Positions 18,774 through 27,950 of a stretch of DNA of 64,000 nucleotides are shown here, in pieces. How positions within the stretch are numbered: the stretch's first letter is position 1; every line of letters begins with the position of its first letter. The translations under genes and the position numbers were made by a program. This DNA comes from Candidatus Hydrogenedentota bacterium (GTDB taxonomy: Bacteria > Hydrogenedentota > Hydrogenedentia > Hydrogenedentales > SLHB01). The DNA is taken from positions 1,440,001 to 1,504,000 of the forward strand of contig CAXXYE010000009.1 in the NCBI GenBank assembly GCA_963674865.2, written 5' to 3'. Below the pieces are notes generated by a model that was not told the DNA's origin, ran no database searches, and was given only the letters and a program-made list of their open reading frames with translations.

Positions 18774-19589
18774 CTACTTGGCGGCCCGCATGGTAAGGGC
18801 CACGGCCGCGGCAGGTTCGAGAACGCGGAAGGCCAGCGTCTCGGAGAAGTAGAGGTTCACGGCGTCGGCGGCATGGCCGTCGTAGCCGATGGAGAGGTCT
18901 TGGCCCACGGTGAGCTCGAAGTCGCCGCCTCGCGTGGACAGGAGGACGCCTCCGTCGAGCACCGGGCTCCATACGATGGGGCCCTGGACAACGCGGGCGA
19001 GGACATCGCCCAACGTGTGGCCCGAGCGCGTGATCTGATTGAGCGCTTCATGGGCCGTTCCGCCCAAGACGAGGGCGTACGGGCCGCCCACGCCCGCCGC
19101 GCGCAACACCTGCCGCGCCTGGCCGACGGCCTGGGCGTAACGCTCGAGGTCACTGACAAGGGCAACCGGTTTGCTAGTCGCCGCGGACAATACGCCTTCG
19201 AGTCCGGCCGCAGGAACTCCTTTGTATACGGCCTCCTCTTCGAATGCGGCAATCTTGCGCGCCGCCGCCTCGAGAGGGGCCAGATCGGCATCCTTGGCGC
19301 CACGGCTTAGATCTTGCAGCTCGGCCAGTTTCAATGAGAAAGGCACGCGCACCTCGACGAGGGGCAGGACATCGCGAACGCCCCACGTCAGGTCCTTGGC
19401 CTGGCCTTTCTTCGATGCGGTCAGGCGTCCCAGATTGATGGCGCCGATATCCCAGCCAAGTGGGCCTGTGAAGTCGACTACGCCGCGGGCTGACAATAGC
19501 GGAGTGAGGGCGCGCTTGGCCACCTCATCGATTTCTGCCCACGCTTCGTCAGTGATAGGAGCTTGTGAACGTCGCAACATGTCAGCCAT
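18774..19589 (-). CDS. Family 1 encapsulin shell protein (Linocin M18-like)
   Basis: MLRRSQAPITDEAWAEID...SARGVVDFTGPLGW, EVRVPFSL, RGGDFELTVGQDLSIGY, YFSETLAFRVLEP; 271 aa. Confidence 0.95.
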   Translation of the reverse strand: MADMLRRSQAPITDEAWAEIDEVAKRALTPLLSARGVVDFTGPLGWDIGAINLGRLTASKKGQAKDLTWGVRDVLPLVEVRVPFSLKLAELQDLSRGAKDADLAPLEAAARKIAAFEEEAVYKGVPAAGLEGVLSAATSKPVALVSDLERYAQAVGQARQVLRAAGVGGPYALVLGGTAHEALNQITRSGHTLGDVLARVVQGPIVWSPVLDGGVLLSTRGGDFELTVGQDLSIGYDGHAADAVNLYFSETLAFRVLEPAAAVALTMRAAK

Positions 19590-19592
19590 GAC

Positions 19593-19961
19593 CTATTCTC
19601 CTTTCTTGAGTGAGCCGATGCCGAGGCTTCCCGTAGCGCCGCCGCCGTTCTCGCCGGCCTCGCCCCCGCCGCCTTCCTCGATCATGGTGATCGGCCCTGA
19701 CGTGAAGAGGTACGTACGCAACTGCTCATCGAATTGCGGCATCTGGCGGCGCAGCCATTCCAGGGCCATACTTGCGTGTTCGATTTCTTCGTCGCGGTTG
19801 TGCTCGACGATGCTTTTGAGTTCGGCGTCCGGCGTTACATCGGCCCGCTGGTTGTACCAGTCGACGGCCTCCAGCTCTTCGATGAGGCTGGTAAGTGCGC
19901 GATGAATGTCCCGGGCCTGTGCGGACAATTCATCGGTGGGTTCGTGATAGGTCGTAGCCAT
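19593..19961 (-). CDS. Encapsulated ferritin-like protein (EncFtn/Flp), encapsulin cargo
   Basis: YHEP, SLIEELEAVDWYNQR, HNRDEEIEHASMALEWLRR; Gly-rich linker and C-terminal targeting peptide GSLGIGSLK; AGAAGGAGG RBS. Confidence 0.95.
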   Translation of the reverse strand: MATTYHEPTDELSAQARDIHRALTSLIEELEAVDWYNQRADVTPDAELKSIVEHNRDEEIEHASMALEWLRRQMPQFDEQLRTYLFTSGPITMIEEGGGGEAGENGGGATGSLGIGSLKKGE

Positions 19962-20004
19962 GAGGTGGCCTCCTTCTCGAGTTGGTTCGTATTGAAGAGT
20001 GCTG

Positions 20005-20035
20005 ATTATACACGGTGCCCAACCCACCCCTGCAA
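20005..20035 (-). promoter_or_regulatory. Putative internal promoter for the ferritin-encapsulin cassette
   Basis: Perfect TATAAT (20010-20005) 43 bp upstream of the ATG; TTGCAG lies 19 bp further upstream (long spacer). Confidence 0.5.
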
Positions 20036-20064
20036 CACCAAGTGGGCATTGAATGTTCCGAGTG

Positions 20065-20829
20065 CTACGCTCGGGCGGCGCGAGGTCCGGAAGTCCTGCC
20101 GCCATTGTAGAGCTGCTCAAGGAGACGGGGCTCTAACATGTCGTCTCGGGAGCCTTGGCGCCATATGCGGCCGTCCTTCATGAGTATGAGCCGCTGGCAG
20201 GCCTCGGGCAGGGTGGCGAGATCATGGGTTACATAAAGTGTCGTGACGCGACGCTCGCGGTGTACGCGTTGAACGATGTCGAGAATGTCGCGCTGTGCCT
20301 GAGGATCGATGGAGGCAGTGGGCTCGTCGAAAAGGAACATCGCCGGCTGCTGCACGAGGGCTCGTGCAATGGCGACGCGCTGATACTCGCCGCCGGACAG
20401 GTGTCCGACGGGCCTGTCGGCCAAGTGGCCGGCGCCAACGAGTTCAAGGGCTTCGTCAACGCTGTCCTTATCCGCATCTGTCGGGCGCCGCAACCACCCA
20501 AGTCGGCCGTAAGCGCCCACCATCACCGTCTCACGCACCATGATGGGGAGGCGGGGGTCGACATGTTCGACTTGGGCGACGTATCCGATGCGTTTGCGGA
20601 GGAGATATCCTTGGCCTCGGTGTGGTTCGAAGCCCAGTACGCGGACGCGGCCGTGGACGAGCCGGCTCAAGCCGTTGACAACCGTCAGCAGCGTGGTCTT
20701 CCCCGCGCCGTTCGGGCCGATAATCCCTACGAACTCGCCTTCGTTGACGGCCAGCGACACGCCTTCGAGGGCCGTGTCCTCACGGTAGGCGACCACGGCG
20801 TCCTCAATGAGGATGGCCGGCTCATTCAT
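20065..20829 (-). CDS. Metal ABC transporter ATP-binding protein (ZnuC-like)
   Basis: GPNGAGKT, LSGGEYQRV, LFDEPT, VTHDL. Confidence 0.93.
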   Translation of the reverse strand: MNEPAILIEDAVVAYREDTALEGVSLAVNEGEFVGIIGPNGAGKTTLLTVVNGLSRLVHGRVRVLGFEPHRGQGYLLRKRIGYVAQVEHVDPRLPIMVRETVMVGAYGRLGWLRRPTDADKDSVDEALELVGAGHLADRPVGHLSGGEYQRVAIARALVQQPAMFLFDEPTASIDPQAQRDILDIVQRVHRERRVTTLYVTHDLATLPEACQRLILMKDGRIWRQGSRDDMLEPRLLEQLYNGGRTSGPRAARA

Positions 20830-21670
20830 GACTTGCCTTCCATTGCCCCGCCGCGTCGAGGAGAATGTCTACGTTCTTCTGGAGGGCCTCGTCCCAACTC
20901 TCCGTGTTCTCGAATCCCCCGGGGAAGTTGGAAAGGACAATCGGCACGGCCGCGCAGTCCTCCGCAATGGCCTCACCGACCTTGATGCCTCCGCTTTGGA
21001 GGTTGTCGACGATCAGCGATGCTTTGTCCTCATTGGCCTGCCGAATCAGATGTTCGACATCGGAGGCACTCATGCCCTCGGGGCGGCCGAATGTGGCTAC
21101 CACGTTGAATCCGGCCCATTTCAGGAAGTCCGCCTGCATATCGTTGGCGATGACGCTTATGCCCACGGCGCGGGCGTCCACTATCTGCTTCTTGATCTGC
21201 CGGCCCAAAGCGAGTACCTCTTGAATCCGTTCATCCAAATGCTCGCGATAATCCGCGCCGGAAGTCCCCTGAATCTCGCTCAGAACGAGGGCGGTGGCGG
21301 CAAGCGCTTGCGCATAGACCTCCGGGATCATCCAACTGCCCTCGACGGGGATGGCCGCCACCCGCTCCCCGGAGATGTCCGCCGCCTTGATGACGTTCTC
21401 AACGCTCGCCATCCCCTGCTGCCAGTCATGGATAATGAAGGCCTTGCTTCGGGCAACGGCATCCACGTCGCTTGGCTTCATGTCGAAATGCCCGGGACAC
21501 ATGCCCGGGGGAATCAGCGTACGCACGGGGCGTCCCGAGTCCGTGATGTCGGCGATCGCGCCCTGGATCAAGCTGCTTCCAGCGACAATGTCTCCCCCAT
21601 GGCGCTCGCAGGAGGTCATGGCGGCCGTCAAGAAAACGGCCAAGCAAAGAAATATGTAGTTCTTCTTCAT
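20822..21670 (-). CDS. Metal ABC transporter substrate-binding lipoprotein (ZnuA/TroA-like)
   Basis: Lipobox AMTSC; LIPPGMCPGHFDMKPSD; first gene of the ABC-3 operon. Confidence 0.85.
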   Translation of the reverse strand: MKKNYIFLCLAVFLTAAMTSCERHGGDIVAGSSLIQGAIADITDSGRPVRTLIPPGMCPGHFDMKPSDVDAVARSKAFIIHDWQQGMASVENVIKAADISGERVAAIPVEGSWMIPEVYAQALAATALVLSEIQGTSGADYREHLDERIQEVLALGRQIKKQIVDARAVGISVIANDMQADFLKWAGFNVVATFGRPEGMSASDVEHLIRQANEDKASLIVDNLQSGGIKVGEAIAEDCAAVPIVLSNFPGGFENTESWDEALQKNVDILLDAAGQWKASHE

Positions 21671-22002
21671 CCTCTGCCTATCCGTAAGGCCCAATGCAGC
21701 ACAGAGTGCGTCCCCCGTCCGGACCTCTTGACGGTACTACGCACGCGGCACCCGAAAACGCCGCCGGCGTTCGGACAAGGTGTGAGTCTACTCCGAAGAC
21801 GAGGCAGTTTCCAGGCGTGGGCGTTGAGCGTTGAAACACTCCCCGTGTTCTCTTGATTTCCTTTTGTTGGAAGGCATTGTGCGTGGCCCAAGAGAGGGCG
21901 CACGCGGGAGTCCCGGTTGCATTGGGCGGTGGTGTTGACGATACTTGTTGCCTGGCCCAAGATTGTGGCTGCCTAGACGCATATCGGAGGTTAAGCGAAG
22001 CA

Positions 22003-23901
22003 ATGGCCAAGATTGCCTATTTCACCCAGGATATTGAGCAAGAACTGCACGAGGCGTTACGTGTTCTCGCGGAGGAGTACCCGCTTGTCGAGGAGCGAGG
22101 CGGCGACGTGCACGTCCGATTTCGTGCCTCCGGTCAAGATGGCCATGGATATGCCATTCGACGCGAAGGAAACGAGTTCGTGGTCGAATACGCGGGCCTG
22201 CCGGGCGCCTTACGCGCCGTGGGAACGCTCCTCGGACTTGGCTCGGAAGCCGGGGAATCGGCGGAGCGCACCGAGTTCCGAACCTTCGGGATTATGCTGG
22301 ATTGCTCGAGGAATGCGGTGATGAAGGTGAGCCATTTCAAAGGATGGCTTCGGAAACTGGCCTTACTCGGCTACAACATGGCCATGCTCTATACGGAGGA
22401 CACCTACAAGGTCGAAGGGGAGCCGTACTTCGGCTATCAGCGGGGCGCCTACACGGCGGAAGAGCTGCGCGAGATGGACGCCTACGCGCGGCGCCTTGGG
22501 ATCGAGATGATCGCGTGCATCCAAACGCTGGGCCACTTGGCCCAGGTGCTCAAGTGGGACGCTTACGCCGATATACGGGACACAGAGGGCATCCTTCTTG
22601 TCGGTGAGGACAAGACCTACGAGCTCTTGGACAAGATCATGCGGCACTGGACGGATGTCTTCACAACACGCCGGATCCACGTGGGCATGGATGAAGCGCA
22701 CGAGCTGGGCCGGGGGCGTTATCTGGATCGGTTCGGATACCGCGACGGCTTCACCATATTCAACGAGCACCTCAAGCGGGTCGTGGAAATCTGCGGAAAG
22801 CATGGCCTCAAGCCCATGATTTGGTCCGACATGTATTTCCGACTCGGGAGCAAGACCGGGACGTACTACGACACTTCTGCCGTGATTCCCGATGAGATCA
22901 AGGCGAAGATTCCCAAGGAAGCGGAACTCGTCTACTGGGATTACTATCACGATGACGATAAGTTCTACAGGGACTTCATCGAAATGCACCGCGCACTAGG
23001 CTTTGAGCCCATTATGGGTTCCGGTGTGTGGACCTGGCACGCCCTCTGGCATGGCGCCAACTACACCGAAGCCAAGGCGGGGGCCTGCGTTCGCGCCTGT
23101 CAAGAGGCCGGACTCAAGGAAATCTTTTTCACCATGTGGGGTGACGACGGCGCCTTGTGCGACTACGACTCGGCAATGCAAGGTCTGGCCTACGTGGCTG
23201 AACTGGCGTACGGCGGCGAGATCGATGAGAGCCGCATCGCATCGCGTTTCGCCGCCGTGTGCCACGGCGACTACCAGGCCAGCCGGCTCGCGGGCGAGTT
23301 GGACTTTTTTGATGCGCCCGAGGATCGGGCGCGCGGGACGGACCTTCCCGTATGGGCGTGGCCGGTGCTCTGGGACGACCCGCTGCTGGGCCTGTTCTGG
23401 ACAAGCAAGAAGACGCCCGAGCGAGATGTTTGGGGACTTGCCGTTGAGCGCTTCCGCGACTTGGCCGACAGGCTGCGCCCCTGGGCCGAGAATCCGGGCG
23501 ACAGGGCCGCGGGAGATCTCAGGCATATCGCTCTACTTGCGGAGATCTTGGCTAGGAAGGCGGCGATGCGCTACGACCTGGAGAAGGCGTACGCGACGCG
23601 TGATAAGGAGGGCCTCGCGCGGATTGCCAAGCAGGTGCCCGGCTTGGTTACGCTGCTGCGGCAGCTCGACGGGTCGTATCGTGAGCAGTGGCTGCGGCGA
23701 AACAAGCCTTTTGGGCTCGAAGTGCCGCAGATCCGCATCGCAGGCTTGATCCGGCGCTTTGAGGAACTCGCGGCGCGTATCGGCGCCCTCGTTGCCGGAA
23801 AGATTGACCGCATCGACGAGCTGGACGATGTGCCCGAGAAGCCCGTCGGCGTGAGACCGAAATACCGTACGCTGGCCACGGCCTGCCACCCGGGGCCGTA
23901 A
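22003..23901 (+). CDS. Beta-N-acetylhexosaminidase (GH20-like)
   Basis: MLDCSRNAV, MLYTED, CIQTLGH, HVGMDEA catalytic Asp-Glu pair, VYWDYY. Confidence 0.9.
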   Translation: MAKIAYFTQDIEQELHEALRVLAEEYPLVEERGGDVHVRFRASGQDGHGYAIRREGNEFVVEYAGLPGALRAVGTLLGLGSEAGESAERTEFRTFGIMLDCSRNAVMKVSHFKGWLRKLALLGYNMAMLYTEDTYKVEGEPYFGYQRGAYTAEELREMDAYARRLGIEMIACIQTLGHLAQVLKWDAYADIRDTEGILLVGEDKTYELLDKIMRHWTDVFTTRRIHVGMDEAHELGRGRYLDRFGYRDGFTIFNEHLKRVVEICGKHGLKPMIWSDMYFRLGSKTGTYYDTSAVIPDEIKAKIPKEAELVYWDYYHDDDKFYRDFIEMHRALGFEPIMGSGVWTWHALWHGANYTEAKAGACVRACQEAGLKEIFFTMWGDDGALCDYDSAMQGLAYVAELAYGGEIDESRIASRFAAVCHGDYQASRLAGELDFFDAPEDRARGTDLPVWAWPVLWDDPLLGLFWTSKKTPERDVWGLAVERFRDLADRLRPWAENPGDRAAGDLRHIALLAEILARKAAMRYDLEKAYATRDKEGLARIAKQVPGLVTLLRQLDGSYREQWLRRNKPFGLEVPQIRIAGLIRRFEELAARIGALVAGKIDRIDELDDVPEKPVGVRPKYRTLATACHPGP

Positions 23902-23904
23902 CGC

Positions 23905-26019
23905 GTGGGGGCGCGAGACACCGGCCCGGTCGAGGTGACGGGCCACGTACGGGAGGTCGTCTCGGGACACGGCCTCGGCGGCGTGGCCGTATCCAATGGT
24001 GAGGCCATTGTTGTTACCGACGCCGACGGCCGATACCGCCTTTCCATAGAGCCGGCCGTCCACCGGTTTGTTTTCCTCACGGTTCCGGATGCCTTTCATC
24101 CGGAGGGGATCTTCTATTTGCCCACCGATGGGACGCGTTCTCACGACGGCTTCGACTTTGCCCTGGCTCCCGCGCCGGAGCGCAGCGGCGCTGAGTTCAC
24201 CTTAGCGCACATTACTGACACCCATGTCGTCGCGAAGGACGATGGTCGGCTGGGTAGTCGGGAGAAGCTTACCGAGGATCTGCGGACGCTCGTCGCGCAC
24301 GCTCAGCCGGACTTCATTATCGCCAGCGGGGATCAGACGAACATCGGCGCGGTGGCGGAACTTGAGGCCTATACCGGAGCGCTGGCCGGCATCGCGACGC
24401 CGGTGTTCACCCTGTTTGCCGGCCACGATGGTAACGCCGAGCGCTTCGCCGCGTGGGAGGCGGGGCGGTCGGGTGAAACCTACACAAGAAACTTCGAGCG
24501 TATCCTCGGGCCGACGTACTACAGCTTCGACTGGGGCGGCTGGCACTTCGTGCTGTATCAGAACGAGGACTTCTTCTACTCCGAGGTCGAGCAAGCACAC
24601 AAGGCCAGTTGGCTGGCTGCCGACCTCGCGCTGCAGCCTGCCGACAAACCCATCGCCATCGTGCTCCATGAGCCTCCCGCCCGGGAACTCCTGGAACAGT
24701 TTGCCCGTCACGGCGCGCGCCTGCTCCTGCATGGGCATTGGCACTCGAGCAAGGTCTTCTCCTACGGGGAGATGGCCGTGGCTTCAGTGCCTTCGCTCTC
24801 GTTCGGCGCCATCGACACTATACCGCGCGGATACCGCCTGTTTCGCTTCGACAACGGCCGCTTCGAGATGGCCCTCAAGACGCTGCCGACACTGGCGGCG
24901 CCGGTGGCCACGACGGTGCCGGGGCTTCAGGAGGGCTCCGAGGACCTCGTTGAGAAGTGGCGCGCGCTCCTACCTAAAGGTCTTCATCGAGCCGCGCCGG
25001 TGGTTTTCGAGGATATGATCCTGGTTGGCTTGGGGGATGAGGAGAATGATGGAAGGGCCGGTGTCTACGGTATCGACGCAGCCACAGGCGCGATCCGTTG
25101 GCACTGCCAAACGGACGCATCGGTCAAGAACAGCGTTGCCGTGGGCGACGCGCCGAACGCGTGCTGCACTGCCGTCTCGATCACCGGCAGTGTGTTTTTG
25201 ATCGACCCGGCCACCGGGGGCCTGATCTGGAGCAAGGATCTTCCTGGACATCCGTTGCGCTGGCTCTACACGTCGCCGGTAGTGGCCGACGGCGTCGTAT
25301 ATGCCGGGGGCAAATCCGGTTACGGCGCTTACGATTGCGCAACGGCCAACGAGCTTTGGTATACGGAATTGGAGTGGCGCGACGACTGGTCGTGCTATGC
25401 CAGCCCCATGGTGTACGAGGAGCTCTTGATTGTCTTCGAGTCCCGGCGCGGCCTGCTGGCGCTGGATAGGGCGACGGGAACCATTGTGTGGGAGAACAAG
25501 CTCGCCGTGGATTACCAGTGGGCTTCCCCGATACTTGTTGATGGGACGATTGTAACGGGTGGCGACCCCGGCCAACTCGTCGGACTCGACGCGGTGACGG
25601 GAAAGCTATTGTGGACGCGTTCTCTCGACGCGGCGCCGTATCCGACGGGCATCGCGTCGGCAGGAAACCGCCTGTTCGTGGGCACGGGATCCGGCGAGGT
25701 GTTGTGCTTTGATGATGGCGACGATGCGCCGCTGTGGCGGTTCCGCGTGACGGACGACCTTCTGGACATGACGCCCTACGCGCGGGGAATCCGCTCTGTA
25801 TTGGCCCGGCCGGTTCCCTTCGGCGACCTTGTCGTGGCACCGGCGTGCGACGGGCGTGTCTATCTCCTTAAGCAAAGCACGGGCCGCGTCCATGCGTGTG
25901 TGAGCTTCGATGGGCCCGTCAGCGCGCCCGTGTGCGCGACGCCGGACGGCTTCATCGTCGGCACGTACCGGGGCGAACTGCGCGCCTACGTGTTCCGAGA
26001 CAAGGGAATGCCGCAATAG
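23905..26019 (+). CDS. Calcineurin-like metallophosphoesterase fused to a PQQ/BamB-like beta-propeller
   Basis: GVAVSNG...TDADGRY N-domain; TDTH, SGD, AGHD, HGHWH motifs; repeated DAxTG..W propeller blades. Confidence 0.85.
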   Translation: MGARDTGPVEVTGHVREVVSGHGLGGVAVSNGEAIVVTDADGRYRLSIEPAVHRFVFLTVPDAFHPEGIFYLPTDGTRSHDGFDFALAPAPERSGAEFTLAHITDTHVVAKDDGRLGSREKLTEDLRTLVAHAQPDFIIASGDQTNIGAVAELEAYTGALAGIATPVFTLFAGHDGNAERFAAWEAGRSGETYTRNFERILGPTYYSFDWGGWHFVLYQNEDFFYSEVEQAHKASWLAADLALQPADKPIAIVLHEPPARELLEQFARHGARLLLHGHWHSSKVFSYGEMAVASVPSLSFGAIDTIPRGYRLFRFDNGRFEMALKTLPTLAAPVATTVPGLQEGSEDLVEKWRALLPKGLHRAAPVVFEDMILVGLGDEENDGRAGVYGIDAATGAIRWHCQTDASVKNSVAVGDAPNACCTAVSITGSVFLIDPATGGLIWSKDLPGHPLRWLYTSPVVADGVVYAGGKSGYGAYDCATANELWYTELEWRDDWSCYASPMVYEELLIVFESRRGLLALDRATGTIVWENKLAVDYQWASPILVDGTIVTGGDPGQLVGLDAVTGKLLWTRSLDAAPYPTGIASAGNRLFVGTGSGEVLCFDDGDDAPLWRFRVTDDLLDMTPYARGIRSVLARPVPFGDLVVAPACDGRVYLLKQSTGRVHACVSFDGPVSAPVCATPDGFIVGTYRGELRAYVFRDKGMPQ

Positions 26020-26133
26020 GCCGCCTGTTGGCCGCTGGCCGGTTGCGCCTAGGAATGGGGCCGCGTATGATCGCGCGCCGTTGCCCAACCGCGGGCTCCC
26101 TCCGGTGAAACATGAATCTTAGGAGTGCAACAG

Positions 26134-27945
26134 ATGCGTGAACAATTGAGTCTGGATGGTTCTTGGAAGTTTTGCCCGGCATTCGTTGAGTTGGAGGCGA
26201 ATCAGCGATTCATGAATCCGGATTTCGATTCAGACTCTTCCGAGGCCGGGCCGGACGCCGACGGGGCCTGGATTCTGCCCGGCCATGACGATGCTGGGTG
26301 GATGGATGTGCCCGTGCCGAGCAGTTGGAATAAGGCGGTGCCGGATCTGTGGAGCTATGAAGGACATGGCTGGTATCGCCGCACGGTGCAGGTGCCTGCG
26401 TCATGGGCGGGCAGGCGGGTCCTCTTCACATCCGACGGTGCGAACTATCGGACGGTGCTATACGTCAACGGCCGGAAAGCGGGCGTTCACGAAGGGGGCT
26501 ATGCGCCTTTCTCGATAGCCGTGCATGATCTTCTCAATCCCGGCGAGACAAATACCATCGCCGTCTCCATCGATAATCTCCCGAAGCCGGAGCGCTGTCC
26601 TGGCGGACAGTTTGACTGGTGGAACCACGGCGGACTCTACCGCTCCGTCCGATTCGAGGTCACGGACCTCACCCATATCGAAGAGGCAGCCGTCGTCACC
26701 CAGCCGGGAGATGGCGTCTCACGAGTCTACGTGCTGGTGTCTATCGAGGTGGCCGACAACGATGTGCTCGTCGTCGCCGCCGTGCTGCGCGATGCCGCCG
26801 GCGTCGAGGTCGCCTCGGCCTCCGCACCGGCCCAGGTCGTCCAAGGGAAAGGTACGGCGGAACTCGCTCTCGAGGTGAAGGATGCGCTGCTGTGGTCGCC
26901 GGATGAACCTAACCTATATGGCTTGACGCTGACGCTGCGCGAGGCGCAGGGCGGGCAAGCACGCGATGAGTACACGCGCCGGATCGGCATACGCTCCATC
27001 GAGGTCAAGGGCACGCAACTGCTTCTGAACGGAGAGCCACTCATTGTCAAAGGCTTCAGCCGGTATGAGGACTACGACGACACGGGGCGGACGCCGAACG
27101 AGGTGGCGCTCCGCCGGGATCTGGCGCTGGTGAAAGACATGGGGGGCAACACCATTCGATGCCACTGCCCCAATTCGCCCATGACCTACGATTTGTGCGA
27201 CGAGATGGGCGTGTTTTTCATCAGTGAGCTGCCCCTTTATCAATGGGGCCGCCCATTGGTGGGGACGGACTCTCCCGAGGCCCTCGTCGCCGCAAAGGCG
27301 CAGCTCGAAGAGATGATACGCTGGCAGCGCAATCACCCGTCCGTCCTTATGTGGAGCGTGAGCAATGAGAACCTCTGCAAGCCGCGCCAGGATACGGAGG
27401 AATACAAGCGCCTGGCGGAGATGACGGTAGCAGGTAACCGCGAGCTCGTCGACCTCGCCCACGCCCTGGATTCCACCCGGCCCGTGATCGAGGTGAGTAA
27501 TTGTTGGCCGGGCGATAAGGTTTTCGAGAAGACGGATATCAGCGCCGTCAACATCTACATCGGCGCGCCGACGCCGCACGTGTCCACGGTGGGGGAACTC
27601 GCCGTGCAGATGCACGAGCGGCTGGAAGCCTTGCGCGAGGAGTATCCCGACAAGCCGATTCTCGCCGGCGAGTTCGGCTCGTGGGCGGTGCACGGCCTCA
27701 AGACGGATCATTTCCCCGGGGAGGCCTACCAAGCGGCGCTCATCAAGACGTATTGGGAGGCGCTCGAGAAGGAGCCGAACGTCATCGGCGGCCTGATCTG
27801 GTGCTTCGCGGACTCGGACGTCCATCGGCGGTTTCAGTGGGTGTACGAGTACCGCTGCGCCTACGGTGTGTTCGACCTGCACCGCAGTCCGAAGGAAGCG
27901 GTGGATACCATCCGTAGCCTGTGGACAAGGGGCGAAGGGAGATAG
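26134..27945 (+). CDS. Glycoside hydrolase family 2 (beta-glucuronidase/galactosidase-like)
   Basis: VPSSW, GWYRR, HEGGYAPF, GGLYRSV, RNHPSVLMWSVSNE, GEFG. Confidence 0.92.
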   Translation: MREQLSLDGSWKFCPAFVELEANQRFMNPDFDSDSSEAGPDADGAWILPGHDDAGWMDVPVPSSWNKAVPDLWSYEGHGWYRRTVQVPASWAGRRVLFTSDGANYRTVLYVNGRKAGVHEGGYAPFSIAVHDLLNPGETNTIAVSIDNLPKPERCPGGQFDWWNHGGLYRSVRFEVTDLTHIEEAAVVTQPGDGVSRVYVLVSIEVADNDVLVVAAVLRDAAGVEVASASAPAQVVQGKGTAELALEVKDALLWSPDEPNLYGLTLTLREAQGGQARDEYTRRIGIRSIEVKGTQLLLNGEPLIVKGFSRYEDYDDTGRTPNEVALRRDLALVKDMGGNTIRCHCPNSPMTYDLCDEMGVFFISELPLYQWGRPLVGTDSPEALVAAKAQLEEMIRWQRNHPSVLMWSVSNENLCKPRQDTEEYKRLAEMTVAGNRELVDLAHALDSTRPVIEVSNCWPGDKVFEKTDISAVNIYIGAPTPHVSTVGELAVQMHERLEALREEYPDKPILAGEFGSWAVHGLKTDHFPGEAYQAALIKTYWEALEKEPNVIGGLIWCFADSDVHRRFQWVYEYRCAYGVFDLHRSPKEAVDTIRSLWTRGEGR

Positions 27946-27950
27946 ACGAC

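Noticed and set aside
21820..21860. ATCAAGAG suggesting a SAM-I riboswitch, or a cobalamin riboswitch, upstream of the ABC operon
   Set aside because: The remaining consensus (GAGGGA..GGCCC..GCAACC for SAM-I; B12 box for cobalamin) is absent
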